Source: Alkalispirochaeta sp.
GTDB lineage: Bacteria; Spirochaetota; Spirochaetia; DSM-27196; Alkalispirochaetaceae
Assembly: GCA_965601925.1 (NCBI GenBank)
Contig: OZ271854.1
Coordinates: forward strand, 1,344,001 to 1,408,000
Direction: 5' to 3'
DNA: 64,000 nt
The notes below the pieces were generated by a model that did no database searches, had not been told where the DNA came from, and was given only the letters and a program-made list of their open reading frames with translations. Positions 28,511-38,621 of the stretch are shown in pieces. Numbering within the stretch: the first letter of the stretch is position 1; each line of letters begins with the position of its first letter. The position numbers and the translations under genes were made by a program.

Positions 28511-29545
28511 TTACATTTCGTAAGCTTTTGACGGTATGAGCGTCTCCCCCGGTATCAGATCGCCCGGTATGAGCGTCTGCAAGGGTTCATTATCGCGTTC
28601 GATAATGTGTCGGCGAAGCCACCCCCCGGCCACCGATCCCAACCGATAGGGTGAGAGCGAAACGGTATCTACCTTTTGGGGTGTCAGACACCGCACGGGA
28701 GAGTCGTCGTACCCGGCAAGGCTCAACTGCTCCGGTATGGATATGCCGGCAACGAGCGCGACCTGATACAGATAGACCGCAACGAAATCGTTAAAGCAAA
28801 ACACGGTATTGCACCGCTCCATCGTGCTCCGTAGAAGATCGACGGTAATCTCCTCTATCGTGTCGGTCCGGAGGATGCGTACATCGTCCGGCGCGATTCC
28901 GGCCCGATCACAGGCGTGACGGAACGCCTCCTCCCGCTCGTCCGCGATGGGCTGCGCGGGGTTGAAGTTAACGTAGGCGGGGCGCAACCGATCGCCGCGA
29001 TACTTCGTAACGCGTTCGAGCAAGAGTCGCATACCGGAGCGGTGGTCGGTGGCGACATAGTTCGATCGCTCGTCCGTTCGATTGAGGAGCACCCACGGAA
29101 TACCGCGCTCCTCCAACAGGGCGCGTACATCGTCGGTGGGCCTGGTGAATCCGAAGACGCATGCATCGATATTGCCGCTTTTTTTCGAACTGAACAGCTC
29201 GGGCTTCGGCCGGTTGACGCTGACGACGATGTGGACGCGCACACTCCCAAACCCGTCGGTGAGCCCGGCCAGAAGGTCGGCCGGATCGTAGAAGAGGCGA
29301 TGATATACGTGAGACGAACGGGGCAGAAAGAGCGCAACGACTAAGATGGAGCGCGGTGCGTGCCGCCGGATCGTCCGCTTCTCGTATCCCAACTCTGCGG
29401 CGGCCGCCTCAATCCGCATCCGGGTTGCATCTCTGACGAGTTGAGAGCCGTTGAGGACGCGCGAGACGGTGCTGGGAGAGAGGTTTAGGTGGTGTGCAAT
29501 ATCCGAAACGGTGGGCTTGCGCATACGATTATTCTGAAACTGCAC
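28511..29545 (-). CDS. LacI-family transcriptional regulator
   Basis: PTVSDIAHHLNLSPSTVSRVLN HTH; FCFNDFVA and IPEQLSLAGYDD sensor-domain motifs. Confidence 0.9.
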   Translation of the reverse strand: MQFQNNRMRKPTVSDIAHHLNLSPSTVSRVLNGSQLVRDATRMRIEAAAAELGYEKRTIRRHAPRSILVVALFLPRSSHVYHRLFYDPADLLAGLTDGFGSVRVHIVVSVNRPKPELFSSKKSGNIDACVFGFTRPTDDVRALLEERGIPWVLLNRTDERSNYVATDHRSGMRLLLERVTKYRGDRLRPAYVNFNPAQPIADEREEAFRHACDRAGIAPDDVRILRTDTIEEITVDLLRSTMERCNTVFCFNDFVAVYLYQVALVAGISIPEQLSLAGYDDSPVRCLTPQKVDTVSLSPYRLGSVAGGWLRRHIIERDNEPLQTLIPGDLIPGETLIPSKAYEM

Positions 29546-29570
29546 CGACTTCTCTCAATCGTCAAGATAT

Positions 29571-29584
29571 ATTTGCATGCAAAT
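29571..29584. promoter_or_regulatory. Palindromic putative operator in the lacI/MFS divergent region
   Basis: 14-bp perfect palindrome ATTTGCATGCAAAT. Confidence 0.6.
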
Positions 29585-29654
29585 CACAGAATAACCCGCT
29601 GTTCATGCCGATCGATCGCTATTCCATCGGTGAGGAATGTGATAGACCAGCAAT

Positions 29655-30911
29655 ATGGATATCCAGGCTTCGAACCACGCCGAGACGAGACGATTTGCCG
29701 CACTTCAAATGCTTTTTTGGGCGTCCATCGCGTGCTTCGAGGCCTTTGTCGTTCCGTGGCTCACCGAGCGGGGGTATGGTCCCGCGCAGTCGGGTCTCGT
29801 CATGGCGGTGGCATTCGGATTCGCGACGGTGGGCCAACCGCTTCTCGGGTCGATCACCGATCGCCTGAAGGCGCCGGGACGATTGGTTGCAACGATTCTA
29901 TTCATCGGCTCGGTAGCCATAGCGACGTTTCCTCTCGCCGCACAGCGGTTCGGGCTGCTGTTGATCCTTTCGCTCGTATTCTCTCTGAGCACGATCTCCC
30001 TTCCGGCGGTGCTCGATGCGTGGATCATGGCTCGGCGCGTGCACAACGGCCGCGTGAACTACGGCGTGGCTCGGGCCGCCGGCTCCTTCGGCTTTGCGGT
30101 GGGAGGAATCCTCATCGGTGTTCTCGCGAATCGATTCGGACTGGGAATCGTCTTTCCATCGTCTCTGTTTTTAGCGGTCGGTGCGGCACTGATGTCGCTC
30201 TCTATATCCCGCACCACCGCGGACCGAGCGAGGCCGCGCGAATCGTCGGCTCATCGAGACTCGGAGTCGCGCCCCCTCGCCGCCGACAAGAACACGGCGA
30301 GCGCCTCGAAACATCTGGCGGAGGCGATACGAGCGGCTCTATCCAATAGAGCCTATCTCACACTCCTCGTGTCGTCCTTTTTGGCGATTACCGGTCTGCG
30401 CGCGGCCCTGACCTTTCTGCCGCTTCTCATCGGGTCGTTGGGCGGATCGGTGGCGACGGTCGGGACGGCTCACTCCATAGCCGCGCTTTCGGAAGTACCG
30501 TTTTTTGTAGGTGCCGCCTACCTCCATCGGCACATGCGCGGACATCGGCTCGTCTCGGTCATACTGGCGGTAATGGCGTTGCGCATCTTTCTCTATACAC
30601 TTGTCGGCTCCTACCACGCCGTGTTGCTGCTGCAGTTGAGCCACGGCGCGACGTTCGGTCTATTTCTGGCGACGTCCGTCGACTACGTGCACGAGATCGC
30701 GCCGGAGCGGCACCGCGGCTTCTTTCAAACTCTGGGCCCCTCAATCTATTTCGGTCTGGGCAGTATCGTCGGGAGTTGGATGGGCGGCCTCGTCATCGAG
30801 GCGCTGTCGGTGATATGGCTCTACCGCATTGCGGCGCTCGTCACCATTGCCGGTGCGCTTCTCCCTACCGTCCTCGCCAATGTGCGCGTTGCAACGCGAG
30901 GGAAGAGATAG
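29655..30911 (+). CDS. MFS transporter (LacY/nucleoside-symporter-like)
   Basis: About 12 hydrophobic segments; GSITDR, YGVARAAGSFGF, SEVPFF and LQLSHGATFG motifs. Confidence 0.88.
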   Translation: MDIQASNHAETRRFAALQMLFWASIACFEAFVVPWLTERGYGPAQSGLVMAVAFGFATVGQPLLGSITDRLKAPGRLVATILFIGSVAIATFPLAAQRFGLLLILSLVFSLSTISLPAVLDAWIMARRVHNGRVNYGVARAAGSFGFAVGGILIGVLANRFGLGIVFPSSLFLAVGAALMSLSISRTTADRARPRESSAHRDSESRPLAADKNTASASKHLAEAIRAALSNRAYLTLLVSSFLAITGLRAALTFLPLLIGSLGGSVATVGTAHSIAALSEVPFFVGAAYLHRHMRGHRLVSVILAVMALRIFLYTLVGSYHAVLLLQLSHGATFGLFLATSVDYVHEIAPERHRGFFQTLGPSIYFGLGSIVGSWMGGLVIEALSVIWLYRIAALVTIAGALLPTVLANVRVATRGKR

Positions 30912-30919
30912 ATCGCGCG

Positions 30920-32269
30920 TTACTCGATGAGTAATATCTGGATATCGCAGACGTTGGTATTCGTGGGGCCGGTGATATAAAGCCCTCCGCACGATTCGAA
31001 GAAGGTGTATGCGTCGTTACGATCCAACGCATCACTAATACGCGCCGCGCTGTCGTCGCCCGCTAAGAGAGTAGTCGCGGCGAAGGCGCCCGCGGCATCG
31101 GTGGGGCCGTCGTTACCGTCGGTCCCGACCGATACGAAGGAGACTCCGTCGTATGAGTCCGGTGCGGCCGCCATCTCATCGAGTACGGCAAGGGCCATCT
31201 CTTGATTTCTGCCGCCCTTACCGTCACCCCGGAGCGTTACCGTCGTCTCCCCGCCGGTAAGGATACAGGCCGGAGCCGCAACGGGGCCCGCACCGCGTTT
31301 GATATCTCTTGAGAGGGCGGTAAAGAGGTGCGCCATCTCGCGCGCCTCACCGGTCAACTGCGAGGTGAGCTCGAGAGTATTGTACCCCAAATCCTCGGCA
31401 CGCCGCCGCGCCGCACCCAAGGCGAGGGCGTTTGAGCCGATGACGACGGCGTCGACGCGATCAAAGATGGGATCGTGCGGCTTGGGCGTCTCCGGAACCT
31501 CACCGCGCACGCCCGCCTCGATGAGTGACCGTACCGGCGCCGACAACGACGCGAGTATTCCATATCGACGACAGATATCCGCGGTATCGCCGAACGAACT
31601 CGGATCGGGAGCGGCGAGCCCCGAGGCGATGCTCGATAGATCGTCCCCGACGACATCGGAGAGGGCGAGGGCGACGAGGCGCCCCGGATGTACCATACGA
31701 CAGAATCGCCCGCCGGATATGCCGGAAAGGTGCTTACGTACCGTATTGATCTCCTGAATGGGCGCACCGGCTCCCAAAAGCAGACTCGTTGTCCCTTGGA
31801 TATCCTCGAGACCGAGAGGAGTCGGCCCGTCCTGGGACGGAAGGGTAAGGAGCGCCGAGCCTCCGCCGGAAATCAGGGCGATGCAGAGCGTGTCCTCGCC
31901 GGCCTCCTCGGCGTAGCGCGCGATCCGCTTCGCCGCCTCGACGCTCCGCTCGTCGGGCACCGGATGTCCCGCCTCGATGAGATCGATATACTCGAGCTCG
32001 GCGGTATGGCCGTATTTCACCGCGATCAGTCCGCCGTCGATGCGATCGCCGAGGACCGCTTCGAGCCCCTTCGCCATGGCCGCGCTCGCCTTACCGGCGC
32101 CGAGAGCGACGATGCGCCGATACGCGGAGAGGTCGATGGATATCTCACCCCCTCCGACGGTCACAAGAAGACGATTCCCCTCGATCGCTACCGAATCGCG
32201 CACCATCGATACAGGGTCGACACGCGCAATTGCCGAGCGGGCAATGGCGTCGAGTGCGGTTTTGTTCAT
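30920..32269 (-). CDS. Glycerate 2-kinase (MOFRL/TtuD type)
   Basis: GAGKAS, AGHPVPD, ISGGGSAL, SDVVGD, GGETTV, GGRNQE, GTDGNDG and TGPTNTNVCD motifs. Confidence 0.92.
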   Translation of the reverse strand: MNKTALDAIARSAIARVDPVSMVRDSVAIEGNRLLVTVGGGEISIDLSAYRRIVALGAGKASAAMAKGLEAVLGDRIDGGLIAVKYGHTAELEYIDLIEAGHPVPDERSVEAAKRIARYAEEAGEDTLCIALISGGGSALLTLPSQDGPTPLGLEDIQGTTSLLLGAGAPIQEINTVRKHLSGISGGRFCRMVHPGRLVALALSDVVGDDLSSIASGLAAPDPSSFGDTADICRRYGILASLSAPVRSLIEAGVRGEVPETPKPHDPIFDRVDAVVIGSNALALGAARRRAEDLGYNTLELTSQLTGEAREMAHLFTALSRDIKRGAGPVAAPACILTGGETTVTLRGDGKGGRNQEMALAVLDEMAAAPDSYDGVSFVSVGTDGNDGPTDAAGAFAATTLLAGDDSAARISDALDRNDAYTFFESCGGLYITGPTNTNVCDIQILLIE

Positions 32270-32430
32270 GCTATAGCCTCCGATAGTCTTCGAGTCACGC
32301 TACGCCGCCTGCGGCCGGCAAGGAGCGCTGGTCGGAGCCGATCGCTGGTGAGAGCGTAAAGGACGACCCTGAACATCCGCAAGGATACCATAGAAGACGT
32401 CATAATCGGGTCGATATCGTACATGCATCG

Positions 32431-33180
32431 TCACAAGCGCCCGGAATAGACTCTGACGGCGTACCTGAACGAGACGAGCCCGTCTCGGTTGTGGCGTCGA
32501 AACGACTCCTCGATTCCGCGAACCAATTCGTCGTAGCCGGGATCACTCCGATTCGGCGTGTATGAAGAGGAAAAGAGACGGCCCTTGAGTCCCGTTAGGT
32601 CGAATCGCTGCACATTATCGAATACGCGCATTCGGTAATCGCGGGCGAAAAGCGGCCCGAGATCGCCGTCGGTGGTATTCCGATGATTTACGGCACGGTA
32701 GTCGGTTCCGTAGGTAGTGAGAAGACGTTCGTAGTCCGCGAGAAACGGAGTATCCCGTAGGCGGTCGTTCCACATCAGGACCGCGAGGCGCGGTCCCTTG
32801 AGTATTCGCCGGAACTCGATCAACGCCGCTTCGCGGTCGAACCAATGAAACGCCTGCGCGACCACGACCGCATCGACCGACAAGTCGGGTAGCGTCGTCG
32901 CCTCGGCGGTCGCTTTGACCGAGATGAATCGGGTGTTACCGCCCAGCCGTCTTTCGGCGGCCGCGCGCATCGCGTCATTAGGCTCGATCCCGTAAAGACG
33001 GCGCACTCGGCCGAGCAACATTTCGCTCAGAATGCCCGTACCCGATCCGATATCCGCGACGACCGCCGAGGCGTCTATCCCTAACTGAACGATGTATCGT
33101 ATCGTCTCGGGCGGATAGCTCGGTCGGTACTTTGCGTAGTTCTCTACCCTATCGGAAAATCGCCCCGTTCCGTCGCGCAT
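32431..33180 (-). CDS. Class I SAM-dependent methyltransferase
   Basis: RFSDRVENYAKYRPSYP, ADIGSGTG, IEPN, AQAFHWFD motifs. Confidence 0.9.
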   Translation of the reverse strand: MRDGTGRFSDRVENYAKYRPSYPPETIRYIVQLGIDASAVVADIGSGTGILSEMLLGRVRRLYGIEPNDAMRAAAERRLGGNTRFISVKATAEATTLPDLSVDAVVVAQAFHWFDREAALIEFRRILKGPRLAVLMWNDRLRDTPFLADYERLLTTYGTDYRAVNHRNTTDGDLGPLFARDYRMRVFDNVQRFDLTGLKGRLFSSSYTPNRSDPGYDELVRGIEESFRRHNRDGLVSFRYAVRVYSGRL

Positions 33181-33192
33181 GCACCAAGCGTA

Positions 33193-35724
33193 TCACGGCT
33201 TTCGTATGCGGCTTAGTCGTTCCTTCACCTCACGGGCGTCGTGCGCGGTATCGACGATACTCTCGACCTCGTCGCGCACATGGGCGGCGTCGACGCGGCT
33301 GAGGGCGTCCTTGATTGCCGGTATGCTCGACGGCGAAGCGCTAATCTTGCCGATACCGAGACCGACGAGCAACGGAATGGCGGCGATATCCGCGCCGAAC
33401 TCGCCGCATACACTCACAGGCACCGAACGGCGCCGCCCGATATCGGCAATCGTACGCACGGCCCTGAGAACCGACGGTTCGAAGGTGTCGAGAAAGTCTT
33501 CGAGTCGCGCCGATCCGCGTTCGGCGGCGAGTACGTACTGCGTCAAGTCGTTGGTACCGATACTGAAAAAGCGCGCCAACTGGGCCAACTCGTCTGCCAG
33601 GAGCACCGAGGCGGGCGTCTCTATCATGACACCGAAATCGACGGGCCATTTGTGGGAACGACCGCTCGCCAGAAGCGCCTCGTGGATGCGTTCAGCGGCT
33701 ACGACGGCCGAGCGAAACTCTCCGACCTTGGTAACCATAGGAAACATGATGCGCACGTCGTGGCCCGCGGCGCTTATAAGAATCGCTTCGAGATGCTGCT
33801 CGAACAGGCGTGGGTTATGCTCGTACAATCGAATACCGCGTACACCGAGAAACGGATTCTCTTCGTCTTCCAACTCCATATAAGGAATACGCTTATCGCC
33901 GCCGATATCGAACGTTCTGACCGTAATGGGACGACCCGCCAAGCCATCGAACACGGCGGAGAAATAGTCGCACTGCTCCTCGACGCTCGGCGGCGCCTCA
34001 CGATTTAGATAGAGAAACTCGGTTCGGAGAAGGCCGATACCTTGTGCGCCGCTCGCGCGCACGACCTCCATTTCGGAGGCGCTGGAGACGTTCGCCTCTA
34101 CGGGGATGGGGACTCCGTCGCTCGTACTCCCGTCGCGAGCCGCAGCAATACGGAGACGCTCGCGCTCCTCCAACCACGTGCGACGACGGCTGCGTATGCT
34201 ATCGGCCGCCTCGTCGTCGGGATTAACGGTTACGACACCTTCAAACCCGTCGACGGCGACGATCGCACCCTCATCGATGGCGTCTATGGCCGGATATCCG
34301 CCGACGGCGGCAATACCCAATGAACGGGCGAGGATAGCCGTATGAGAGGTCGTACCGCCTCCTTTGGTAACGATACCGACCACTCGATTCAAGTCGAGAG
34401 AGACCGTCTGGGACGGGGTCAACTCCTCGGCGACGATGATAGTATCGCTTTCGAGTGCATCGATCCGCTTGTGTGCGCCCCGCTCGACGCCCAGCTTCTG
34501 GAGTACCTGTCGTCCGATATCGCGCACGTCGGCGGCGCGCACCTGTAGATACGCATCATCCAAACGGACGTAAGTATCGACGACCGCCCGAACGCGCGTA
34601 CTGAAGGCGTGAGAGGCGGTGACGCCCTGGGCGCGAATCAAATCGATCGTCGCGCCGATGAGATCGGGGTCATCCAGGAGTACGTCGTGGGCTTCAAATA
34701 TCTCGCGCTCGGCATTGCCGGCCGCCGACAGCGCGGCCAGGCGTTCGGCGATGTCGGAACGTACATACTGTACCGCCTCGCGGAACGTGGCAATTTCACC
34801 GTCGATATCGTCGGTAGACGCATACTCCACGTCGAGGGAGATAGCGTCGATGCGGACGACTTCTCCGATACCGAACCCCGGCGAGAGCGCGACGGTGCCG
34901 TCCGGATGTTTTCGAGAGGTGTTGGCTCGCTCTTGAGCAACGTCGGTCAACGACTCGCCGAAGTTGTCGGCGACCAGCGCGGCTACCGCGTCGAGCACGT
35001 TCCGAGCGTCCGCGCCCGTGGCCGAAACCAATACCTCGTCGTCCCTGGTTATCTCGAGGCTCGACAGACGATTGAGGCTGCGCGCCGCTACCGGCCCGCG
35101 CGCATTCGAGAGATTCGACACCGTAACGTCGGCGTCAAAACCGGAGACCGTCTTGACGAGTCTCGCGGCGGGACGTGCATGGAGACCGTGGGTGTTGCGA
35201 ATGACGAACACCTTCCGCACTTGGTCCTCGGAGGTCGACGACTCGACGGACACCGCCGTCGGTGCGGAATCACGGTCGCCGGCGGCACCCTCGTCGGCCG
35301 GAGTCGACTCCGGAGACTCGCCCAGTTGCAGTTGCTTGGGTCCCAGGGCGGTACGCGCCTCTTCGACCACGGCGTCGAGATCGGCGCCCGCGCCCGACTG
35401 CGTGGCGGCCACGATCGCTCCCTCGACGAGCGGCGCGGCAATGAGCCTGACGTCCGCGCCCTCGGCGGAGGAGAGCTCAAGCGCCATCTCCGCGCTCAAC
35501 AACGCGCTTCCCATGTCCATGAGAACGACGACGCCGTCGTCGGAGATTACCGATTCGATCGCCGCCAGGATATCGGTCGCGTCGGTACCGAACCCCTCGT
35601 CACCGCCGCTGACGCCGCCGGCGTAGGCAATCGGGATCGACGTTTCGCCCGACACGGTTGAGGCCAACTCCGCGACACTCCGCGCGAGGGGACGAGAATG
35701 GGAAACAATGACAATACCGACCAT
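33193..35724 (-). CDS. dhaM: Dihydroxyacetone kinase phosphoryl donor DhaM fused to HPr and complete Enzyme I
   Basis: EIIA-like GIVIVSHS..DMGSA; HPr GLHARPAA; EI TSHTAILAR, GLLRTEF, RTFDIGGDK, NPFLGVRG, MIETP, SIGTNDLTQY, CGE. Confidence 0.92.
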   Translation of the reverse strand: MVGIVIVSHSRPLARSVAELASTVSGETSIPIAYAGGVSGGDEGFGTDATDILAAIESVISDDGVVVLMDMGSALLSAEMALELSSAEGADVRLIAAPLVEGAIVAATQSGAGADLDAVVEEARTALGPKQLQLGESPESTPADEGAAGDRDSAPTAVSVESSTSEDQVRKVFVIRNTHGLHARPAARLVKTVSGFDADVTVSNLSNARGPVAARSLNRLSSLEITRDDEVLVSATGADARNVLDAVAALVADNFGESLTDVAQERANTSRKHPDGTVALSPGFGIGEVVRIDAISLDVEYASTDDIDGEIATFREAVQYVRSDIAERLAALSAAGNAEREIFEAHDVLLDDPDLIGATIDLIRAQGVTASHAFSTRVRAVVDTYVRLDDAYLQVRAADVRDIGRQVLQKLGVERGAHKRIDALESDTIIVAEELTPSQTVSLDLNRVVGIVTKGGGTTSHTAILARSLGIAAVGGYPAIDAIDEGAIVAVDGFEGVVTVNPDDEAADSIRSRRRTWLEERERLRIAAARDGSTSDGVPIPVEANVSSASEMEVVRASGAQGIGLLRTEFLYLNREAPPSVEEQCDYFSAVFDGLAGRPITVRTFDIGGDKRIPYMELEDEENPFLGVRGIRLYEHNPRLFEQHLEAILISAAGHDVRIMFPMVTKVGEFRSAVVAAERIHEALLASGRSHKWPVDFGVMIETPASVLLADELAQLARFFSIGTNDLTQYVLAAERGSARLEDFLDTFEPSVLRAVRTIADIGRRRSVPVSVCGEFGADIAAIPLLVGLGIGKISASPSSIPAIKDALSRVDAAHVRDEVESIVDTAHDAREVKERLSRIRKP

Positions 35725-35727
35725 TGT

Positions 35728-36360
35728 TTACGCCGGCAACGTCTTGCGCGCCGCCTCCAACATGAGAAGACTCGAGGTCGCCCCGGGGTCCTGGTGTCCC
35801 CGACTCCGTTCGCCCAAGAAGCTCGCTCGACCTTTGACGGCGACCATGTCGATGGTGGTCTGTACTCCGGTCTTCGCCGCCGCTATCCCGGCATCGAGGA
35901 CGGCGACGAGGTCGCCCCCATCGTCAAGCGAAGAGCGCATCGCATCCAACGCAGGGACCCATACGTCTACCATCGTTTTGTGACCGACTTCGGCTTTACC
36001 TCTGGCCATCACTCCCGCAACACCGTCGCCGACCATGGCGACGAAGGCGGCGGCATCGAGCTCGTCAAGATTCTGCGTGCCGGTCGATGCCTTGAGAAAC
36101 CACGTGCCGTATAGGGGGCCCGAGGCGCCGCCGACGGTCTTAATCAACGTCATCGCAACGCTCTTGAGCGCTTCCGAAATCGTTGAGGGAGGGGCCGACT
36201 CAATGGCGGCCTTGACCGCGGTAAACCCGCGATCAAGGTTGATGCCGTGATCGGCATCTCCGATCGCCGAATCGAGCTCCGTGAGGTACTCCTTTTTGTC
36301 GGCGTAAACCGCTTGGAGCTCGTCGAACCAGGCGATGAGCGATTGGAGCGTTGCTACCAT
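35728..36360 (-). CDS. dhaL: Dihydroxyacetone kinase ADP-binding subunit DhaL
   Basis: LDSAIGDADHG, GGASGPLYG, KTMVD, KGRASFLGERS, DPGATS. Confidence 0.95.
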   Translation of the reverse strand: MVATLQSLIAWFDELQAVYADKKEYLTELDSAIGDADHGINLDRGFTAVKAAIESAPPSTISEALKSVAMTLIKTVGGASGPLYGTWFLKASTGTQNLDELDAAAFVAMVGDGVAGVMARGKAEVGHKTMVDVWVPALDAMRSSLDDGGDLVAVLDAGIAAAKTGVQTTIDMVAVKGRASFLGERSRGHQDPGATSSLLMLEAARKTLPA

Positions 36361-37362
36361 CTACACACCCCAGCGCAACGCAGCGGTATGAACCGGGTCG
36401 TCGTAGAGCGCGGTCAGTTCATCGTCGAGCTTGACCATGGTGATCGAGAATCCCTGCATCTCAAGAGATGTGATGTAATTACCGACGAGATTCCGCGCAA
36501 TGGTAACACCTTTACCGGTGAGAAACTTCACGACGTCGTTATAGATGAGGTAGAGCTCCATGAGGGGAGTTCCGCCCATTCCGTTTACCATAACGAAGAC
36601 GTTGTCGCCGGACTTGAACGGTAGATCCTCCACGATCGCGCCGGCCATGATGTCCACCAGTTCCTTGGAACTCTTGTGCCCGGCGCGTTCTCGTCCCGGC
36701 TCGCCGTGGATACCGATCCCGATCTCGATCTCGTCGTCGCCGAGTTCGAAGGTGGGTTTACCGGCGGCGGGAACGGTGCAACTGGTGAGCGCCATACCCA
36801 TCGATCGCCCGTTGGCGTTGACGCGTTCTACGAGTGATTTCACCTTCGCGAGATCGTATCCGCGCTCCGCGGCGGCGCCCGCTATTTTTTCGGCAAAGAC
36901 GGTCGCACCGACGCCTCTGCGTCCCTGCGTGTACAGACTATCTTTGACCGCCACATCGTCGTCGATGACGACCGCTTCAACCTCGATACCTTCGGCTTGC
37001 AGGAGGTCGGCCGCCATTTCAAAGTTCATGACGTCGCCGGAGTAGTTCTTGACGATGTGTAGGACGCCCGCTCCGCCGCTAACGGCTTTACCGGCGGCTT
37101 CCATTTGGTCGGGCGTGGGAGACGTAAAAACTTCGCCGGGGCACGCGGCGTGCAACATTCCGTGACCGACAAATCCGCCGTGCAACGGTTCGTGACCGCT
37201 TCCGCCGCCCGATACGACGGCTACCTTGCCCGATACGGGACCACCGGCGCGTGTTATGAGCTTCGGCTCGTAATGCGCCTTTACCAGATTCGGATGAGCC
37301 GCCTCAAGACCGGCCATCGACTCCGTTACCACCTCAGCTACATCGTTTATTAGCTTTTTCAC
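36361..37362 (-). CDS. dhaK: Dihydroxyacetone kinase substrate-binding subunit DhaK
   Basis: [56 protein letters not shown]. Confidence 0.95.
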   Translation of the reverse strand: MKKLINDVAEVVTESMAGLEAAHPNLVKAHYEPKLITRAGGPVSGKVAVVSGGGSGHEPLHGGFVGHGMLHAACPGEVFTSPTPDQMEAAGKAVSGGAGVLHIVKNYSGDVMNFEMAADLLQAEGIEVEAVVIDDDVAVKDSLYTQGRRGVGATVFAEKIAGAAAERGYDLAKVKSLVERVNANGRSMGMALTSCTVPAAGKPTFELGDDEIEIGIGIHGEPGRERAGHKSSKELVDIMAGAIVEDLPFKSGDNVFVMVNGMGGTPLMELYLIYNDVVKFLTGKGVTIARNLVGNYITSLEMQGFSITMVKLDDELTALYDDPVHTAALRWGV

Positions 37363-37409
37363 GTTCCAGAATCTCCTTTCGACGGTAGATGTTTACCACC
37401 CGATACTTC

Positions 37410-37438
37410 ACGATATGCCGGTTTTGAGAATCCGTCAA
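37410..37438 (-). promoter_or_regulatory. Putative sigma70 promoter for dhaKLM
   Basis: Minus strand TTGACG (37438-37433), 17 nt spacer, TATCGT (37415-37410). Confidence 0.45.
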
Positions 37439-37566
37439 ATATATTCTGAGAAAAATTTCACCCGTTACATCGCCCGAAAAAGAGGCGTGACGCGCCGTCG
37501 CACGGAGGTGAAAATATGGAGTTTCTCGTCGCAGTTGCAAAAGAGCGCCTTCGTGCGTAGCCTAAT

Positions 37567-38553
37567 GTGATGGCTTCTCGCGACGATCAATACAGCGCAG
37601 CGCTCAAAGTCGCTCAACTGTACTACTACCACGCGATGAACACGGAAGAAATTGCACGTACGCTGGGATTCTCGCGCGCCAAGGTATCGCGCCTGCTGAA
37701 CTATGCGCGCGACGACGGAATCGTTCGCATAAAGGTCGTCGATCATCGCCGCACGCAGGATCCACTCTCGGAGGCGATCAACGACCGCTTTCGCGGCCTC
37801 CACGCGCTTCACGTCGTTTCGGTACCTGCGGAAAGCAGTCCGCCGGAGCGAATCGCGTACGTTGCACAGTACGCTGCGGCGCATCTCGGCAACGAAGTGC
37901 TCTCCGACGATCAGATCGTGGCCGTAGCGGCCGGTGAGTCTACCGCGCTCACCGCGCGATTTCTCTCCCACCGATCGCTTAAAGGGGTGCGTATCGTCCA
38001 AATGCACGGATCGAGTCCGATCGGGATCGCCGGCGTCGGATACGTCCACCGCGTCCTGATGCCCTTTGCCGCCGCACTGGATGCAGAGCTCATTCTCTTT
38101 CCGGTTCCGATCGCATTCGACAGCGCCGAAGCGCGAGAGGTCCTCTTTCGAGACCCCACGGTGCGCTCAATTCGAGACTATCAATCTCGCGCCGACGTTT
38201 TCATATTCGGTCTGGACGATCTCGTCTTGGAAGGACGGCGGCGACGGCGCGGGAGTATCGAGCCGGACGTCGTCGGCGAGTTGGCGACCGTGGCGTTTCG
38301 CAGCGACGGAAGCTACGAGGACGTGGCGATCAATCGTCTGACGACCGGTCCGGCGCTGGACACGTATCGCCGCGTGGCACGGGCGGTGTGTATCGCATCG
38401 AGCTCATCGTCGGTCCCTGCACTTCACGCCGCGCTGGACGCGGGGTACATCAGCGATCTCATCGTAGACGACGTGACGGCGACCGAGTTGCGGGATTTTG
38501 ATACGTCGTCGGTTGAAGCACCTCGCGGGGAGAACCGACACACATCGACGTAG
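37567..38553 (+). CDS. SorC/DeoR-type sugar-binding transcriptional regulator
   Basis: KVAQLYYYHAMNTEEIARTLGFSRAKVSRLLNYARDDGIVRI N-terminal HTH plus sugar-binding domain; divergent from dhaK. Confidence 0.85.
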   Translation: MMASRDDQYSAALKVAQLYYYHAMNTEEIARTLGFSRAKVSRLLNYARDDGIVRIKVVDHRRTQDPLSEAINDRFRGLHALHVVSVPAESSPPERIAYVAQYAAAHLGNEVLSDDQIVAVAAGESTALTARFLSHRSLKGVRIVQMHGSSPIGIAGVGYVHRVLMPFAAALDAELILFPVPIAFDSAEAREVLFRDPTVRSIRDYQSRADVFIFGLDDLVLEGRRRRRGSIEPDVVGELATVAFRSDGSYEDVAINRLTTGPALDTYRRVARAVCIASSSSSVPALHAALDAGYISDLIVDDVTATELRDFDTSSVEAPRGENRHTST

Positions 38554-38621
38554 GACCTCCGCCGGCCGACGTCACCCACACTATGCAACGGCGAAATTCG
38601 GTATTACCGGGAGGCGAGAGA

